Positions 1 through 8,683 of a DNA stretch of 32,000 bases are shown here, piece by piece (position 1 is the stretch's first letter; each line of letters opens with the position of its first letter). The stretch comes from Candidatus Saccharimonadota bacterium (GTDB taxonomy: Bacteria > Patescibacteriota > Patescibacteriia > 2-12-FULL-60-25), in assembly GCA_963718585.1 (NCBI GenBank), contig OY970357.1, forward strand, positions 150,001-182,000. Reading direction: 5' to 3'. The notes beneath the pieces were generated by a model. It was given only the letters and a program-made list of their open reading frames with translations. It was not told the DNA's origin and searched no databases. Made by a program: the position numbers and the translations under genes.

Positions 1-258
1 GACGCCAAACTCATGGCGAAGGTGGCCAAGCTCACCCCGGGCGACAAGACCGTCATCAAGACGTGGTCGCGCGCATCCACCATCACGCCGACGATGGTCG
101 GTTTCACGTTCGGCGTGCATAACGGTCGTCAGCACACACCGGTCCTCGTCGTCGAGAACATGGTCGGGCACAAGCTCGGTGAATTCGCGCCGACGCGCAA
201 GTTCGTCCACCACGGCGGGAAACTGCAAAAGTCCGCGGAAGGTGGAGCGAAGAAATAA
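1..258 (+). CDS. rpsS: 30S ribosomal protein S19 (5'-partial, runs off window start)
   Basis: Frame 1 is open from base 1. [10 protein letters not shown]...HNGRQH...[14 protein letters not shown] is the conserved S19 core. The sequence upstream of the track's Met (DAKL) still looks like S19. Confidence 0.9.
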   Translation, partial: DAKLMAKVAKLTPGDKTVIKTWSRASTITPTMVGFTFGVHNGRQHTPVLVVENMVGHKLGEFAPTRKFVHHGGKLQKSAEGGAKK

Positions 259-263
259 TCGAT

Positions 264-734
264 ATGGAAGTCAAAGCCTCACTCCGCATGCTCCGCATGG
301 CCCCGCGCAAGGTGCGTCTCGTCGTGGATACGATCCGCGGCCTTAAGGCGACCGATGCCGAGGTGAAATTGCAGTTCGTCCAGAAGGCGGCATCTTTGCC
401 GGTCCTCAAGTTGCTCCGTTCGGCCATGGCCAATGCCGAGCACAATTTCAAGCTCGACCGGGAGACATTGTTTGTGAAGACCATCACGGCAGACGGTGGC
501 CCGACGCTCAAGCGGTCCCGGCCGCGCGCACACGGTCGTGCGGCGCCGATCCGCAAGCGGACGACGCATATCAATATCATTCTTTCGGACGAGAAACCGG
601 TCAAAGCAACGTCTGCTTCGGTCGCGAAGAACGCGAAAGCTGCACCGAAGGCCTCCGCCATCGCGAAGAAGAAGGCCGTGACGCCCCGGCGCACCGCCAA
701 ACCGGCCGCGAAAGCCGCCGATACCAACGCCTAA
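264..734 (+). CDS. rplV: 50S ribosomal protein L22, with a ~40-aa Lys/Ala-rich C-terminal tail
   Basis: ASLRMLRMAPRKVRLVVDTIRG...ANAEHN...FVKTITADGGPTLKRSRPRAHGRA matches L22. The position after S19 fits. Confidence 0.92.
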   Translation: MEVKASLRMLRMAPRKVRLVVDTIRGLKATDAEVKLQFVQKAASLPVLKLLRSAMANAEHNFKLDRETLFVKTITADGGPTLKRSRPRAHGRAAPIRKRTTHINIILSDEKPVKATSASVAKNAKAAPKASAIAKKKAVTPRRTAKPAAKAADTNA

Positions 735-743
735 CCAACGCAT

Positions 744-1487
744 ATGGGTCACAAAGTCCATCCCAAATCCTTCCGCCTCGGAACGACCACGACCTGGCCG
801 TCCCGCTGGTTTGCGCGTGACGACGCCTACCGCGCTCAGCTCAAGGAAGACCTGCATATCCGCGCCTTCTTCCAAAAGGAGTTGCGTGACGCCGCAGTGA
901 GCAGCGTCCTCATCAGCCGGTCGCGCGGAACGCTCGAGATCACGATCGCGACCGCCAAGCCCGGTATGGTCATCGGCCGCGGCGGCGCCGGTATCGAAGA
1001 TCTGAAGAAGAAGTTCCTCAAGACGTTCTTCCCGGGGAAGAAGATCCAGTTCCAGCTGAACGTCACCGAGGTGGCGAAGGCGTCGCTCGAATCGACGATC
1101 GTCGCGCAGCAGGTCTGTCAGGATCTGGAGCGACGCATGCCGTACCGACGCGTCATGAAGATGGCGATCGAGCGGGTGAAGAAAGCCGGCGCGCTTGGCG
1201 TGAAGATCATCGTCGCCGGTCGATTGAACGGTCGTGAGATCGCTCGGACCGAACGTCTTGTGTGGGGGAAGATCCCGCTGACGAATCTCCGTGCGGACAT
1301 CGATTATTGTCAGGATACGGCGCGTACCATCGCTGGAGCGGTCGGCGTGAAGGTCTGGATCTATCGTGGCGACATCTTTGAACAGGACCGCCGGTCGCAG
1401 TATGAGCCGACGACCCCGACGCGCGATCGTCGACGTGCGCCAGATCGCCGTGATGCAGCGCCACGCGCGGCGTCATCCAATGTTTGA
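744..1487 (+). CDS. rpsC: 30S ribosomal protein S3
   Basis: MGHKVHPKSFRLG...KPGMVIGRGGAGIE (KH domain)...GRLNGREIARTE is classic S3. It has a basic C-terminal extension. Confidence 0.95.
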   Translation: MGHKVHPKSFRLGTTTTWPSRWFARDDAYRAQLKEDLHIRAFFQKELRDAAVSSVLISRSRGTLEITIATAKPGMVIGRGGAGIEDLKKKFLKTFFPGKKIQFQLNVTEVAKASLESTIVAQQVCQDLERRMPYRRVMKMAIERVKKAGALGVKIIVAGRLNGREIARTERLVWGKIPLTNLRADIDYCQDTARTIAGAVGVKVWIYRGDIFEQDRRSQYEPTTPTRDRRRAPDRRDAAPRAASSNV

Positions 1488-1496
1488 TCCACGTCT

Positions 1497-1910
1497 ATGT
1501 TGATCCCTCGCAAAGTCAAACATCGTAAGTGGCACAAAGGCCGCGCCCGCAACATTCGCTGGGCGACCGATAAGATCGAGCTCGCCTTCGGTGCGCACGG
1601 TCTTAAGGCGACGAGCAATGTATACGTCAGCTCCCGTCAGATCGAGGCTTGTCGTCGTGTCCTGACGCGGTACACGCGTCGCGGTGGCAAGATCTGGATC
1701 CGGATCTTCCCGGACAAGCCGATCACGAAAAAGGGCAATGAGGTTCCGATGGGTGCCGGAAAAGGCGCCGTGGACCACTATGTCGCGGTCGTGAAGCCGG
1801 GGACCATCCTCTTCGAGATGGACGGCATCCCGGACGCGCAGGCGAAGGAAGCGCTGAAGTTGGCCGCGTATAAATTGCCCTGTACTACGAAATACGTGAC
1901 CTCACACTAG
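1497..1910 (+). CDS. rplP: 50S ribosomal protein L16
   Basis: [16 protein letters not shown]...[16 protein letters not shown] matches L16. Operon order fits. Confidence 0.95.
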   Translation: MLIPRKVKHRKWHKGRARNIRWATDKIELAFGAHGLKATSNVYVSSRQIEACRRVLTRYTRRGGKIWIRIFPDKPITKKGNEVPMGAGKGAVDHYVAVVKPGTILFEMDGIPDAQAKEALKLAAYKLPCTTKYVTSH

Positions 1911-1911
1911 T

Positions 1912-2106
1912 ATGGAAATCAAAGAACTCCGTCTCAAGACCCCCGAAGAATTGCTCGTCCTCGAGCGTGAACTTCGTGTCGCGGTCCGTGAAAACCGGTT
2001 CTCCCTCGCGTCCGGGCAGGCGACGAGCGTGACGAAACTCCGGAATGCCAAGACCGACCTCGCGCGCGTCCTGACGGCGCTTCGCGACCTGACCCCCAAT
2101 GCCTGA
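1912..2106 (+). CDS. rpmC: 50S ribosomal protein L29
   Basis: MEIKELRLKTPEELLVLERELR is an L29-type N-terminus. It is 64 aa and lies between L16 and S17. Confidence 0.9.
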   Translation: MEIKELRLKTPEELLVLERELRVAVRENRFSLASGQATSVTKLRNAKTDLARVLTALRDLTPNA

Positions 2107-2110
2107 TCCT

Positions 2111-2389
2111 ATGTCTACCTCTACTCCCACGTCCCGTACCTCGGGCCGGCGCCGGCTCTCCGGCACCGTCGTGTCCACGAAGATGGTGAAGACCATCGTG
2201 GTTCGCGTCGATCGCCACGTCCCGGATCCGAAGTACGGGAAGTATCACACGCTTTCGACCAAGCTCAAGGCGCACGATGAGAAATCGGCGGCCAAGCTCG
2301 GTGATGTCGTCGTGATCGAAGAGACCCGTCCGTTGTCTAAGGATAAAGCGTGGCGGTATATCTCCACCGTGAAAGCGGCCACTGCCTGA
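2111..2389 (+). CDS. rpsQ: 30S ribosomal protein S17
   Basis: [20 protein letters not shown]...[27 protein letters not shown] matches S17. I chose the ATG at 2111 (TGAtcctATG context) over 2099, which would overlap L29. Both are in frame. Confidence 0.88.
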   Translation: MSTSTPTSRTSGRRRLSGTVVSTKMVKTIVVRVDRHVPDPKYGKYHTLSTKLKAHDEKSAAKLGDVVVIEETRPLSKDKAWRYISTVKAATA

Positions 2390-2391
2390 AT

Positions 2392-2763
2392 ATGATCCAG
2401 CATCGAACCATGCTCGCCGTCGCGGACAACTCTGGAGCCAAAAAGCTCCAGTGCATCCGCGTACTCGGCGGTTATAAAAAGCGGACCGCCGGTCTCGGCG
2501 ACATCGTCACGTGTGTGGTGAAGTCGGCCGCGCCGCGTGGTGCCGTGAAGAAGTCGGACGTCGTCCATGCCGTGCTCGTGCGTGTCCATAAGGAGACGCG
2601 TCGCGCGGATGGGACGTACATCCGTTTCGATGACAATGCGGCCGTGATCGTGGATAAGAAGAGTAAGGAACCGAAAGGGTCCCGCATCTTCGGCCCGGTC
2701 GCGCGCGAAGTCCGCGCCCGCGGGTTTTCGAAGATCGCATCTTTGGCTCCCGAAGTGCTCTGA
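2392..2763 (+). CDS. rplN: 50S ribosomal protein L14
   Basis: [27 protein letters not shown] is the canonical L14 N-terminus. The track ORF start at 2350 is an upstream in-frame artefact. Confidence 0.95.
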   Translation: MIQHRTMLAVADNSGAKKLQCIRVLGGYKKRTAGLGDIVTCVVKSAAPRGAVKKSDVVHAVLVRVHKETRRADGTYIRFDDNAAVIVDKKSKEPKGSRIFGPVAREVRARGFSKIASLAPEVL

Positions 2764-2764
2764 T

Positions 2765-3034
2765 ATGACGAAACTCAAGATCAAATCCGGCGACATGGTC
2801 AAAGTCATCGCCGGTGCGCAAAAAGGGAAGTCAGGCAAGGTCCTCCAGGTGTTCCCCAAGTTGGAACGCGTGGTCGTGGAGGGTGTGAATGCCCGCAAGA
2901 AGCACGTCCGCTCGCGTCAGGAAGGACAAGCGGGTCAGATGATCGAGTTTTTCATGCCGATCCACATCTCGAATGTCCTTCCGCTTGATGCAGCTGGGAA
3001 GACGATCCGACATGATGACAAGCCCAAGGCCTAA
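2765..3034 (+). CDS. rplX: 50S ribosomal protein L24
   Basis: KIKSGDMVKVIAGAQKGKSGKVLQV is the KOW motif. It lies between L14 and L5. Confidence 0.9.
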   Translation: MTKLKIKSGDMVKVIAGAQKGKSGKVLQVFPKLERVVVEGVNARKKHVRSRQEGQAGQMIEFFMPIHISNVLPLDAAGKTIRHDDKPKA

Positions 3035-3037
3035 TCT

Positions 3038-3574
3038 ATGAAGCTCAAAGAACAGTTCACCAAGGAGATCGCTCCGGCGCTCGCAAAGGACCTCGGGATC
3101 AAAAACCCGATGTCTGTTCCGCGTGTCACCGCGATCACGATCGCCGTCGGCTTGTCGCAGGGCGTGAAGGACGCCAAGGTCACCGAGACGGCAGAGAATG
3201 TCCTGACGCGCATCGCGGGGCAGAAGCCGGTAAAGACCAAGGCCAAGAAGTCCATCTCCAATTTCAAGATCCGTCAGGGGATGACCGTCGGCATGCGCGT
3301 GACGCTGCGTGGCGAACGGATGTGGTCCTTTCTCGATAAATTGCTCAACGTCACCTTCCCGCGTATCCGCGACTTCCGTGGCATCAGCTCGAAGATCGTG
3401 GATGCCCGCGGCAATCTGACCGTCGGCTTCCGTGAGTTCCTCCCGTTCCCGGAGATCAGTCCGGATGAGGTGGAGCGGATCCATGGGCTCCAGGTGACGA
3501 TCACGACGACCGCCGGAGACCGGGCAAAGGGGCTCGCTCTCGCGAAGGCGCTCGGTTTCCCCTTCAACGACTAA
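3038..3574 (+). CDS. rplE: 50S ribosomal protein L5
   Basis: [16 protein letters not shown]...[11 protein letters not shown]...[16 protein letters not shown] matches L5. Confidence 0.95.
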   Translation: MKLKEQFTKEIAPALAKDLGIKNPMSVPRVTAITIAVGLSQGVKDAKVTETAENVLTRIAGQKPVKTKAKKSISNFKIRQGMTVGMRVTLRGERMWSFLDKLLNVTFPRIRDFRGISSKIVDARGNLTVGFREFLPFPEISPDEVERIHGLQVTITTTAGDRAKGLALAKALGFPFND

Positions 3575-3578
3575 TCGT

Positions 3579-3764
3579 ATGGCAACCACTTCTCAGATCG
3601 TCAAATCACAGCGTAAGCCAAAGTTCAGCTCCCGGAAGGTCCGCCGGTGCTGGCGGTGTGGTCGACGGCACGGCTATATGCGTGACTTCGACCTCTGCCG
3701 TATCTGCTTCCGCGAACTCGCGAACCGGGGTGAGCTGCCCGGTGTGACCAAGTCCAGCTGGTAA
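3579..3764 (+). CDS. rpsN: 30S ribosomal protein S14, short zinc-binding (type Z) form
   Basis: It is 61 aa with [23 protein letters not shown] (CxxC...CxxC). It lies between L5 and S8. Confidence 0.92.
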   Translation: MATTSQIVKSQRKPKFSSRKVRRCWRCGRRHGYMRDFDLCRICFRELANRGELPGVTKSSW

Positions 3765-3768
3765 ATCT

Positions 3769-4161
3769 ATGTATACCGATCCCATCAGTGATTTCCTGAC
3801 GCGCATCAAGAACGCGCAGGCCGCCCGACACGCCTCTCTGGAGGCGCCGTCTTCGCGGATGAAATATACGATCGCAAAGATCCTCGAGCGCGAAGGGTAT
3901 GTTGGCGCCGTTTCAGAACGGTCCGAAGGCGCGAAGAAGACCCTGACCGTCGGACTGAAGTATGACGGCAAGGACCCGGTCATCCGCTCGATCACCCGTG
4001 TCTCTACGCCTGGTCGTCGGGTCTATCGTGGCGCGAGCGAATTGCCTCGCGTCCTCTCCGACATCGGCATCGCCATCGTGTCCACGTCCGCTGGCGTCAT
4101 GACCAACAAAGACGCACGTCGCCGAAAGCTCGGAGGCGAAGTGCTGTGTGAAGTCTACTAA
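3769..4161 (+). CDS. rpsH: 30S ribosomal protein S8
   Basis: DPISDFLTRIKNAQ...GIAIVSTSAGVMT...GGEVLCEVY matches S8. Confidence 0.95.
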   Translation: MYTDPISDFLTRIKNAQAARHASLEAPSSRMKYTIAKILEREGYVGAVSERSEGAKKTLTVGLKYDGKDPVIRSITRVSTPGRRVYRGASELPRVLSDIGIAIVSTSAGVMTNKDARRRKLGGEVLCEVY

Positions 4162-4162
4162 T

Positions 4163-4717
4163 ATGTCACGTATCGGAAAGAAACCCATCCCGCTCGCGGC
4201 CGGCGTCGAAGCAACGATCACGCCGGACCTCGTTACGGTAAAAGGCCCGAAGGGCACGTTGACCGTCCCGATCCATCGGGATGTCACGGTCACGCTCGAA
4301 GGGGAGCCAAAGACCCTCGTCGTCCACGTCAAAGATGAGAACGACGGAACGCAACGCGGTCTCTGGGGGCTGACCCGTCAGCTCTTGGCCAACGCCGTCG
4401 ACGGTGTACAGAAGCCGTACGAGAAATCGCTCGAGTTCGTCGGCGTCGGTTTCCGTGTCGCTCTCGCGGGCCCGCAAAAGCTCACCATCGAAGTCGGATT
4501 CTCGCATCCGGTCGAATTCGCATTGCCCGAGGGGATCGAAGCGAAGGTCGATAAACAGATCCTGACCCTCTCCGGCATCGACAAACAGCTCGTCGGCGAG
4601 ATGGCCGCCCAGATCCGCCGGATCAAGCCCCCGGAACCCTATAAGGGAAAGGGGATCAAATATACCGATGAGGTGATCCGTCGCAAGGCTGGAAAAGCCG
4701 CGACTAAGGGCGCCTAA
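4163..4717 (+). CDS. rplF: 50S ribosomal protein L6
   Basis: MSRIGKKPIPL...VTVKGPKGTL...PEPYKGKGIKY matches L6. The start was moved to the ATG at 4163, just after the S8 stop. Confidence 0.95.
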   Translation: MSRIGKKPIPLAAGVEATITPDLVTVKGPKGTLTVPIHRDVTVTLEGEPKTLVVHVKDENDGTQRGLWGLTRQLLANAVDGVQKPYEKSLEFVGVGFRVALAGPQKLTIEVGFSHPVEFALPEGIEAKVDKQILTLSGIDKQLVGEMAAQIRRIKPPEPYKGKGIKYTDEVIRRKAGKAATKGA

Positions 4718-4726
4718 CGTACTCCT

Positions 4727-5083
4727 ATGAATCGCCAACAGCTCAAAACCAAGGCTCAGGCCCAGCGTATCGCGCGCGTTCGCGCCAAAGTGCGCGGCAC
4801 GACCGAGCGCCCGCGGCTCACCGTCCGCCGGACGTTGAAGCATGTCTATGCGCAGATCGTGAACGACGAGACGGGGACGACGCTCGTCGCCGCGTCCGAT
4901 GCGGACGTGAAGGCAGACAAGAAGACCAAGACCGAGGTCGCGGCAGAGGTCGGTACGCTTCTCGCCGAACGCGCCATCGCTAAAAAGGTCACGACCGTCG
5001 TTTTCGACCGGCGCGACAAAAAATACCACGGCCGTATCAAGGCGTTGGCGGATAGTGCCCGCGCCGGCGGATTGAATTTCTAG
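4727..5083 (+). CDS. rplR: 50S ribosomal protein L18
   Basis: [18 protein letters not shown]...[26 protein letters not shown] matches L18. Confidence 0.93.
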   Translation: MNRQQLKTKAQAQRIARVRAKVRGTTERPRLTVRRTLKHVYAQIVNDETGTTLVAASDADVKADKKTKTEVAAEVGTLLAERAIAKKVTTVVFDRRDKKYHGRIKALADSARAGGLNF

Positions 5084-5089
5084 ACCTCT

Positions 5090-5854
5090 ATGAACGACGA
5101 GAACACACAAGCGACGAACGCGCCGGAAACGGCCGCTCCCGCACCGACGGATACGCCGGCCAAAGCACCGGAGAAGGCACCTGCCGATCAGGCGCCTGCG
5201 AAGGCACCAGAGAAGGCACCTGCGAAGGCGCCAACGTCAGGCCGTGGACCGATGATGGGCCGCGGTCGGGGTCCGGGCTCGGGTACGGGTCCGGGTGGGC
5301 GTGGCCGTGGACCGATGGGTCGCGGTGGACGCCGTCCGCCGGGGAAGAGACCGGACGTGCCGGCCGAGTCGGACTATGAAGAGAAGAATCTCGAGATCGC
5401 CCGCGTGACGCGTGTGACCAAGGGAGGAAAGCGGATGCGCTTTCGTGCGCTCACGGTCATCGGCAACCGTAAGGGCCGGGTCGGCTTCGGGCTCGCCAAG
5501 GGCGGGGACGTGGCGCTGGCGACCGGGAAAGCGACGGCGCAGGCCCGCAAGGCGCTGCTGACCGTTCCCATGGTCAATGAGACGATCCCGTTTCCGGTGA
5601 CGGCAAAGTTCGGGGCAGCGAAGATCTTGCTCAAGCCGGCTCCGAAAGGGACCGGGGTGCGCGCAGGTGGCGCGGTCCGTGTCGTATTGGAGCTCGCGGG
5701 GATCCCGAACGTCGTATCCAAGATCCTTGGGGCCAACAACAAAGTGAATAACGTCAAAGCGACGTTCGTAGCGCTGCGGAAGTTGAAGGCACCGGCATCG
5801 GACGAAAAGGAAACGAAGGAATCCAAGACCGAACCGACGGAAATCAAGAAATGA
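5090..5854 (+). CDS. rpsE: 30S ribosomal protein S5 with a ~95-aa low-complexity N-terminal extension
   Basis: The C-terminal 160 aa (LEIARVTRVTKGGKRMRFRALTVIGNRKGRVGFGLAKG...) is canonical S5. The ATG at 5090 lies 6 nt after the L18 stop in the same TAGacctctATG context seen at L15. Confidence 0.88.
   Translation: MNDENTQATNAPETAAPAPTDTPAKAPEKAPADQAPAKAPEKAPAKAPTSGRGPMMGRGRGPGSGTGPGGRGRGPMGRGGRRPPGKRPDVPAESDYEEKNLEIARVTRVTKGGKRMRFRALTVIGNRKGRVGFGLAKGGDVALATGKATAQARKALLTVPMVNETIPFPVTAKFGAAKILLKPAPKGTGVRAGGAVRVVLELAGIPNVVSKILGANNKVNNVKATFVALRKLKAPASDEKETKESKTEPTEIKK
5162..5326 (+). repeat. Imperfect direct DNA repeats inside the S5 N-terminal extension
   Basis: GCACC(G/A)GAGAAGGCACCTGC occurs twice (about 5165 and 5206). 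GGCCGTGGACCGATG occurs twice (about 5241 and 5303). They encode AKAPEKAP and GRGPM(M)GRG repeats. Confidence 0.6.
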
Positions 5855-5859
5855 CCTCT

Positions 5860-6351
5860 ATGACACTGACACTTCACTCACTCAAACCGGCCAAAGGTTC
5901 TCGGACCAAGAAGTTCCGCCTGGGACGCGGCGAAGGTTCCGGCCGTGGCAAGACCGCCGGCAAAGGGACCAAGGGACAGCGTGCCCGGTCAGGTGGTCGG
6001 AAAGGCCTCAAGCAGCTCGGGATCCGTCCGATGCTGTTGAGCATGCCGAAATCGCGCGGTTTCAAGAGCCGGTATCTGAAGACGGCGACCGTTCGTCTCG
6101 ACCAGGTCGAAAAGCTCTTCGATGCGGGAGCCCGCGTGGATCTCAAAGCATTGAAGGCTAAAGGTCTGATCCACCCGACGTCCACCACGGCAAAGCTCGT
6201 CGGCAAGGAGATCGGGAAGAAACTCACGTTCGTGAACGTGATGGCGTCCGCCGCTGCCACCGAAGCGGTGACCAAGGCTGGTGGCTCTTTTGAGCGCACC
6301 AAGGCCGTGGTCAAGACGACGAAAGTCAAGAAGGTGGCCAAGAAGAAGTAA
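5860..6351 (+). CDS. rplO: 50S ribosomal protein L15
   Basis: LHSLKPAKGSRTKKFRLGRGEGSGRGKTAGKGTKGQRARSG matches L15. I chose the ATG at 5860 (TGAcctctATG). An ATG at 5851 overlapping the S5 stop is also possible. Confidence 0.92.
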   Translation: MTLTLHSLKPAKGSRTKKFRLGRGEGSGRGKTAGKGTKGQRARSGGRKGLKQLGIRPMLLSMPKSRGFKSRYLKTATVRLDQVEKLFDAGARVDLKALKAKGLIHPTSTTAKLVGKEIGKKLTFVNVMASAAATEAVTKAGGSFERTKAVVKTTKVKKVAKKK

Positions 6352-6375
6352 TCGACGTACCCTACGCCCCATCCT

Positions 6376-7650
6376 ATGTGGGAAAAACTCCAAGAGATCT
6401 GGCGCGTGAAGGAGGTCCGTAACGGCCTACTTTTCGTGATCATCATGATGGTGCTGTTCCGGTTTGCGGCGCATGTGCCGCTCCCGGGCATCGACGTAGA
6501 AGCCCTCCATCGGTATTTCCAGGCCAATCAGGTCCTTGGACTCCTTAACCTCTTCTCTGGTGGAACGATCCGGAACTTCGCGATCGTCGCCCTCGGGGTC
6601 GCGCCGTTCATCACGTCATCCATCATCTTCCAGCTGTTGGCGATGATCATTCCGCGGCTTGAAGAGATCCAGAAGGAAGGGGAGCAGGGGCAGCAACGTA
6701 TCAATCAGTGGACGCGGCTTCTGACGGTCCCGTTGGCCGTTCTCCAATCTTTCGCGCTTATCCAGTTGCTGCGAGGTTCGCAGTTCCAGATCCTGAAGTA
6801 TACCGACTGGTTGCATATGACCACGTTGGTGATCACGGTGTCTGCTGGAACGGTCTTCCTGATGTGGATCGGAGAGCTGATCAGCGAAAAGAACGTCGGA
6901 AATGGTATTTCGCTCATGATCACGGCGGGGATCCTTGCCGGACTCCCGACGTCCTTGAGTCAGTTGGCGGTATCGTATGACGCATCGCAGCTTCCGACGT
7001 ATCTTCTGTATGGGGCGATCGCGATCGTGACGGTCGTGGCCGTTGTCTTCATCACTGAAGGACAGCGCAATGTCCCAATCCAGTATGCCCGACAGGTCCG
7101 TGGGTCCACGATGACCGGCGGCGTGGCGACACATCTGCCGATCCGCGTGAATATGGCCGGTGTGATCCCGATCATCTTCGCGATCTCGATCCTGCTCTTC
7201 CCGTCGGTCGTGGCGCAATTCTTCATCCACGCGCGGACGCCGTGGATCGCGAACGCCGCGCAATGGATCATCACGATCCTGCAGAATCAGATGGTCTACG
7301 GGGTCACGTATTTCCTCCTGGTCGTCGCATTCACTTTCTTCTACACGGCGGTCGTCTTCCATCCGGAACAGATCGCGGAGAATCTGCAGAAGCAAGGTGG
7401 CTTTATCCTCGGCATCCGTCCGGGCAAGCCGACGGCGGAGTATCTTCAGCGGATGATCAATCGCATCAACCTCACCGGTTCGCTCTTCCTTGGTGCGATC
7501 GCGGTCCTCCCGATCGTCGCGCAGGGGAGCGGAGGCAATCGGCTGCTCGCCATCGGCGGGACGTCGCTCCTGATCGTCGTTGCCGTGGTCATCGAAAGTG
7601 TGAAGGCGATCGAGGCGCAGTTGACCATGCGCGAGTACGACGCATACTAG
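6376..7650 (+). CDS. secY: Preprotein translocase subunit SecY
   Basis: It is 424 aa and multi-TM. GIDVEAL...LFSGGTIRNFAIVALGVAPFITSSIIFQLL...WIGELISEKNVGNGISL matches SecY. It lies after L15. Confidence 0.95.
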   Translation: MWEKLQEIWRVKEVRNGLLFVIIMMVLFRFAAHVPLPGIDVEALHRYFQANQVLGLLNLFSGGTIRNFAIVALGVAPFITSSIIFQLLAMIIPRLEEIQKEGEQGQQRINQWTRLLTVPLAVLQSFALIQLLRGSQFQILKYTDWLHMTTLVITVSAGTVFLMWIGELISEKNVGNGISLMITAGILAGLPTSLSQLAVSYDASQLPTYLLYGAIAIVTVVAVVFITEGQRNVPIQYARQVRGSTMTGGVATHLPIRVNMAGVIPIIFAISILLFPSVVAQFFIHARTPWIANAAQWIITILQNQMVYGVTYFLLVVAFTFFYTAVVFHPEQIAENLQKQGGFILGIRPGKPTAEYLQRMINRINLTGSLFLGAIAVLPIVAQGSGGNRLLAIGGTSLLIVVAVVIESVKAIEAQLTMREYDAY

Positions 7651-7657
7651 CTCGGCC

Positions 7658-7703
7658 TCCCGTTTTGGCGCATTACATCGCGCGCGCTGCATCCAAAACG
7701 GGA
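7658..7703 (+). other. Perfect 11-bp stem (TCCCGTTTTGG / CCAAAACGGGA) with a 24-nt loop in the secY 3' region
   Basis: The inverted repeat was read directly. It starts 8 nt after the secY stop and has no U-tract. Confidence 0.5.
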
Positions 7704-7791
7704 AGCCCTCGGGAAGAGGACGTCGCATTTCATCGATCCGGATGGAGGCGTGATCCAATAAGCGTTCGGCACTGAACGTTCAAAACGAGAG

Positions 7792-7815
7792 AAATGGCTG
7801 TGAGGCCATTTTTTT
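7792..7815 (+). terminator. Rho-independent terminator after secY
   Basis: AAATGGC-tgtgag-GCCATTT followed by a T-run (to 7815). Confidence 0.65.
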
Positions 7816-7849
7816 CGTTTTCCGCGTGCGGTTGCTATCCTGTCCACGC

Positions 7850-8683
7850 ATGGAACATCGATCCGATCCCCTCGTCCGGCGTACGATGCGTGCTTCGCTC
7901 ATCACGACCTTCGCGCTAGCCGGCGGGGTCATCATCCTCATCCTTTGGGCGGTCCGGACAAAGACCATCATCGTCTCGTCGTCATCCGTAAGTATCTGGC
8001 AGACGGTTTTTCTGGTCCTTGTCGGTGTGACGATCGCTATCTCACTCATCCGCAAGATCCATTCGCGGGTGTTTTGGGAGGGGATCTTCTCCCTGACCGT
8101 CTTCCTTGGTGTCTGGTTTGCGTTTCTCCTGATCCTGCCGCTTTGGTGGGCACTCGGGATCGCCGCCGTCCTCCTTTTAGGCGAGATCTTCCTCCGTATG
8201 GTCTGGATCCACGATCTGCTGTACCTCCTTGGGTGTGCCGGGGTGGCGTTGAATTTCGCGAACTGGCTGCCGGCCGAGGTCCTGATCGCAGGATTGGTCG
8301 TCCTCACGGTCTATGATATGGTGGCCGGACCCCCTGGAGGTCCCATCGAAGCCCTGGCGGCCCATCTGGTGCGGACCGGGGTCGTTCCCGGTCTCGTGAT
8401 CCCCGGGCGCATCCGTCAGCTCAGCGATACGCTCGAGCGGGTGACGCATGAGGATGCTGCCTTGCTCGGTGCGGGCGATCTGATCGTCCCACTGACGCTC
8501 GTTGCGAGTGCGGGGTTTCGAGGTATCAGATCTGCAGTGATCGTCCTCGCTGGCCTGCTTCTTGGCGCGATCGTCCTCGGGTGGCGACAGGCGACACACC
8601 CGCGGGCCGCCCTTCCATTCCTCGCCGTCGGCGCCGTCGTGCCGTATCTCATCCTTCTTGCGCTCCCACTCGTATGGCCGTGA
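7850..8683 (+). CDS. Presenilin / signal-peptide-peptidase-like GxGD intramembrane aspartyl protease (family A22-like), ~9 TM
   Basis: There are about nine hydrophobic segments. VYDMVAG (YD) lies in the 6th, LLGAGDLIVPL (GxGD-hydrophobic-P, as in SPP GLGDIVIPG) in the 7th, and AALPFLAVGAVVPYL (PAL-like) at the 9th. The start is uncertain (GTG 7826, ATG 7850 or ATG 7886). Confidence 0.6.
   Translation: MEHRSDPLVRRTMRASLITTFALAGGVIILILWAVRTKTIIVSSSSVSIWQTVFLVLVGVTIAISLIRKIHSRVFWEGIFSLTVFLGVWFAFLLILPLWWALGIAAVLLLGEIFLRMVWIHDLLYLLGCAGVALNFANWLPAEVLIAGLVVLTVYDMVAGPPGGPIEALAAHLVRTGVVPGLVIPGRIRQLSDTLERVTHEDAALLGAGDLIVPLTLVASAGFRGIRSAVIVLAGLLLGAIVLGWRQATHPRAALPFLAVGAVVPYLILLALPLVWP

Noticed and set aside
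4166-5110. 314-aa minus-strand ORF, plus similar long antisense ORFs at 17483-18475 (-), 22249-23013 (-), 24291-25073 (+), 2831-3589 (-), 8833-9624 (-) and 104-727 (-)
   Set aside because: All lie opposite genes with clear homology (L6/L18, scpA/B, parA/B, rel, L24/L5, adk/map, S19/L22). All have a low-complexity charged composition characteristic of GC-rich antisense frames.
6616-7758. 380-aa minus-strand ORF
   Set aside because: It is antisense to secY. It is extremely R/D/E/H-rich with no hydrophobic core or known motif, so it is a shadow ORF.
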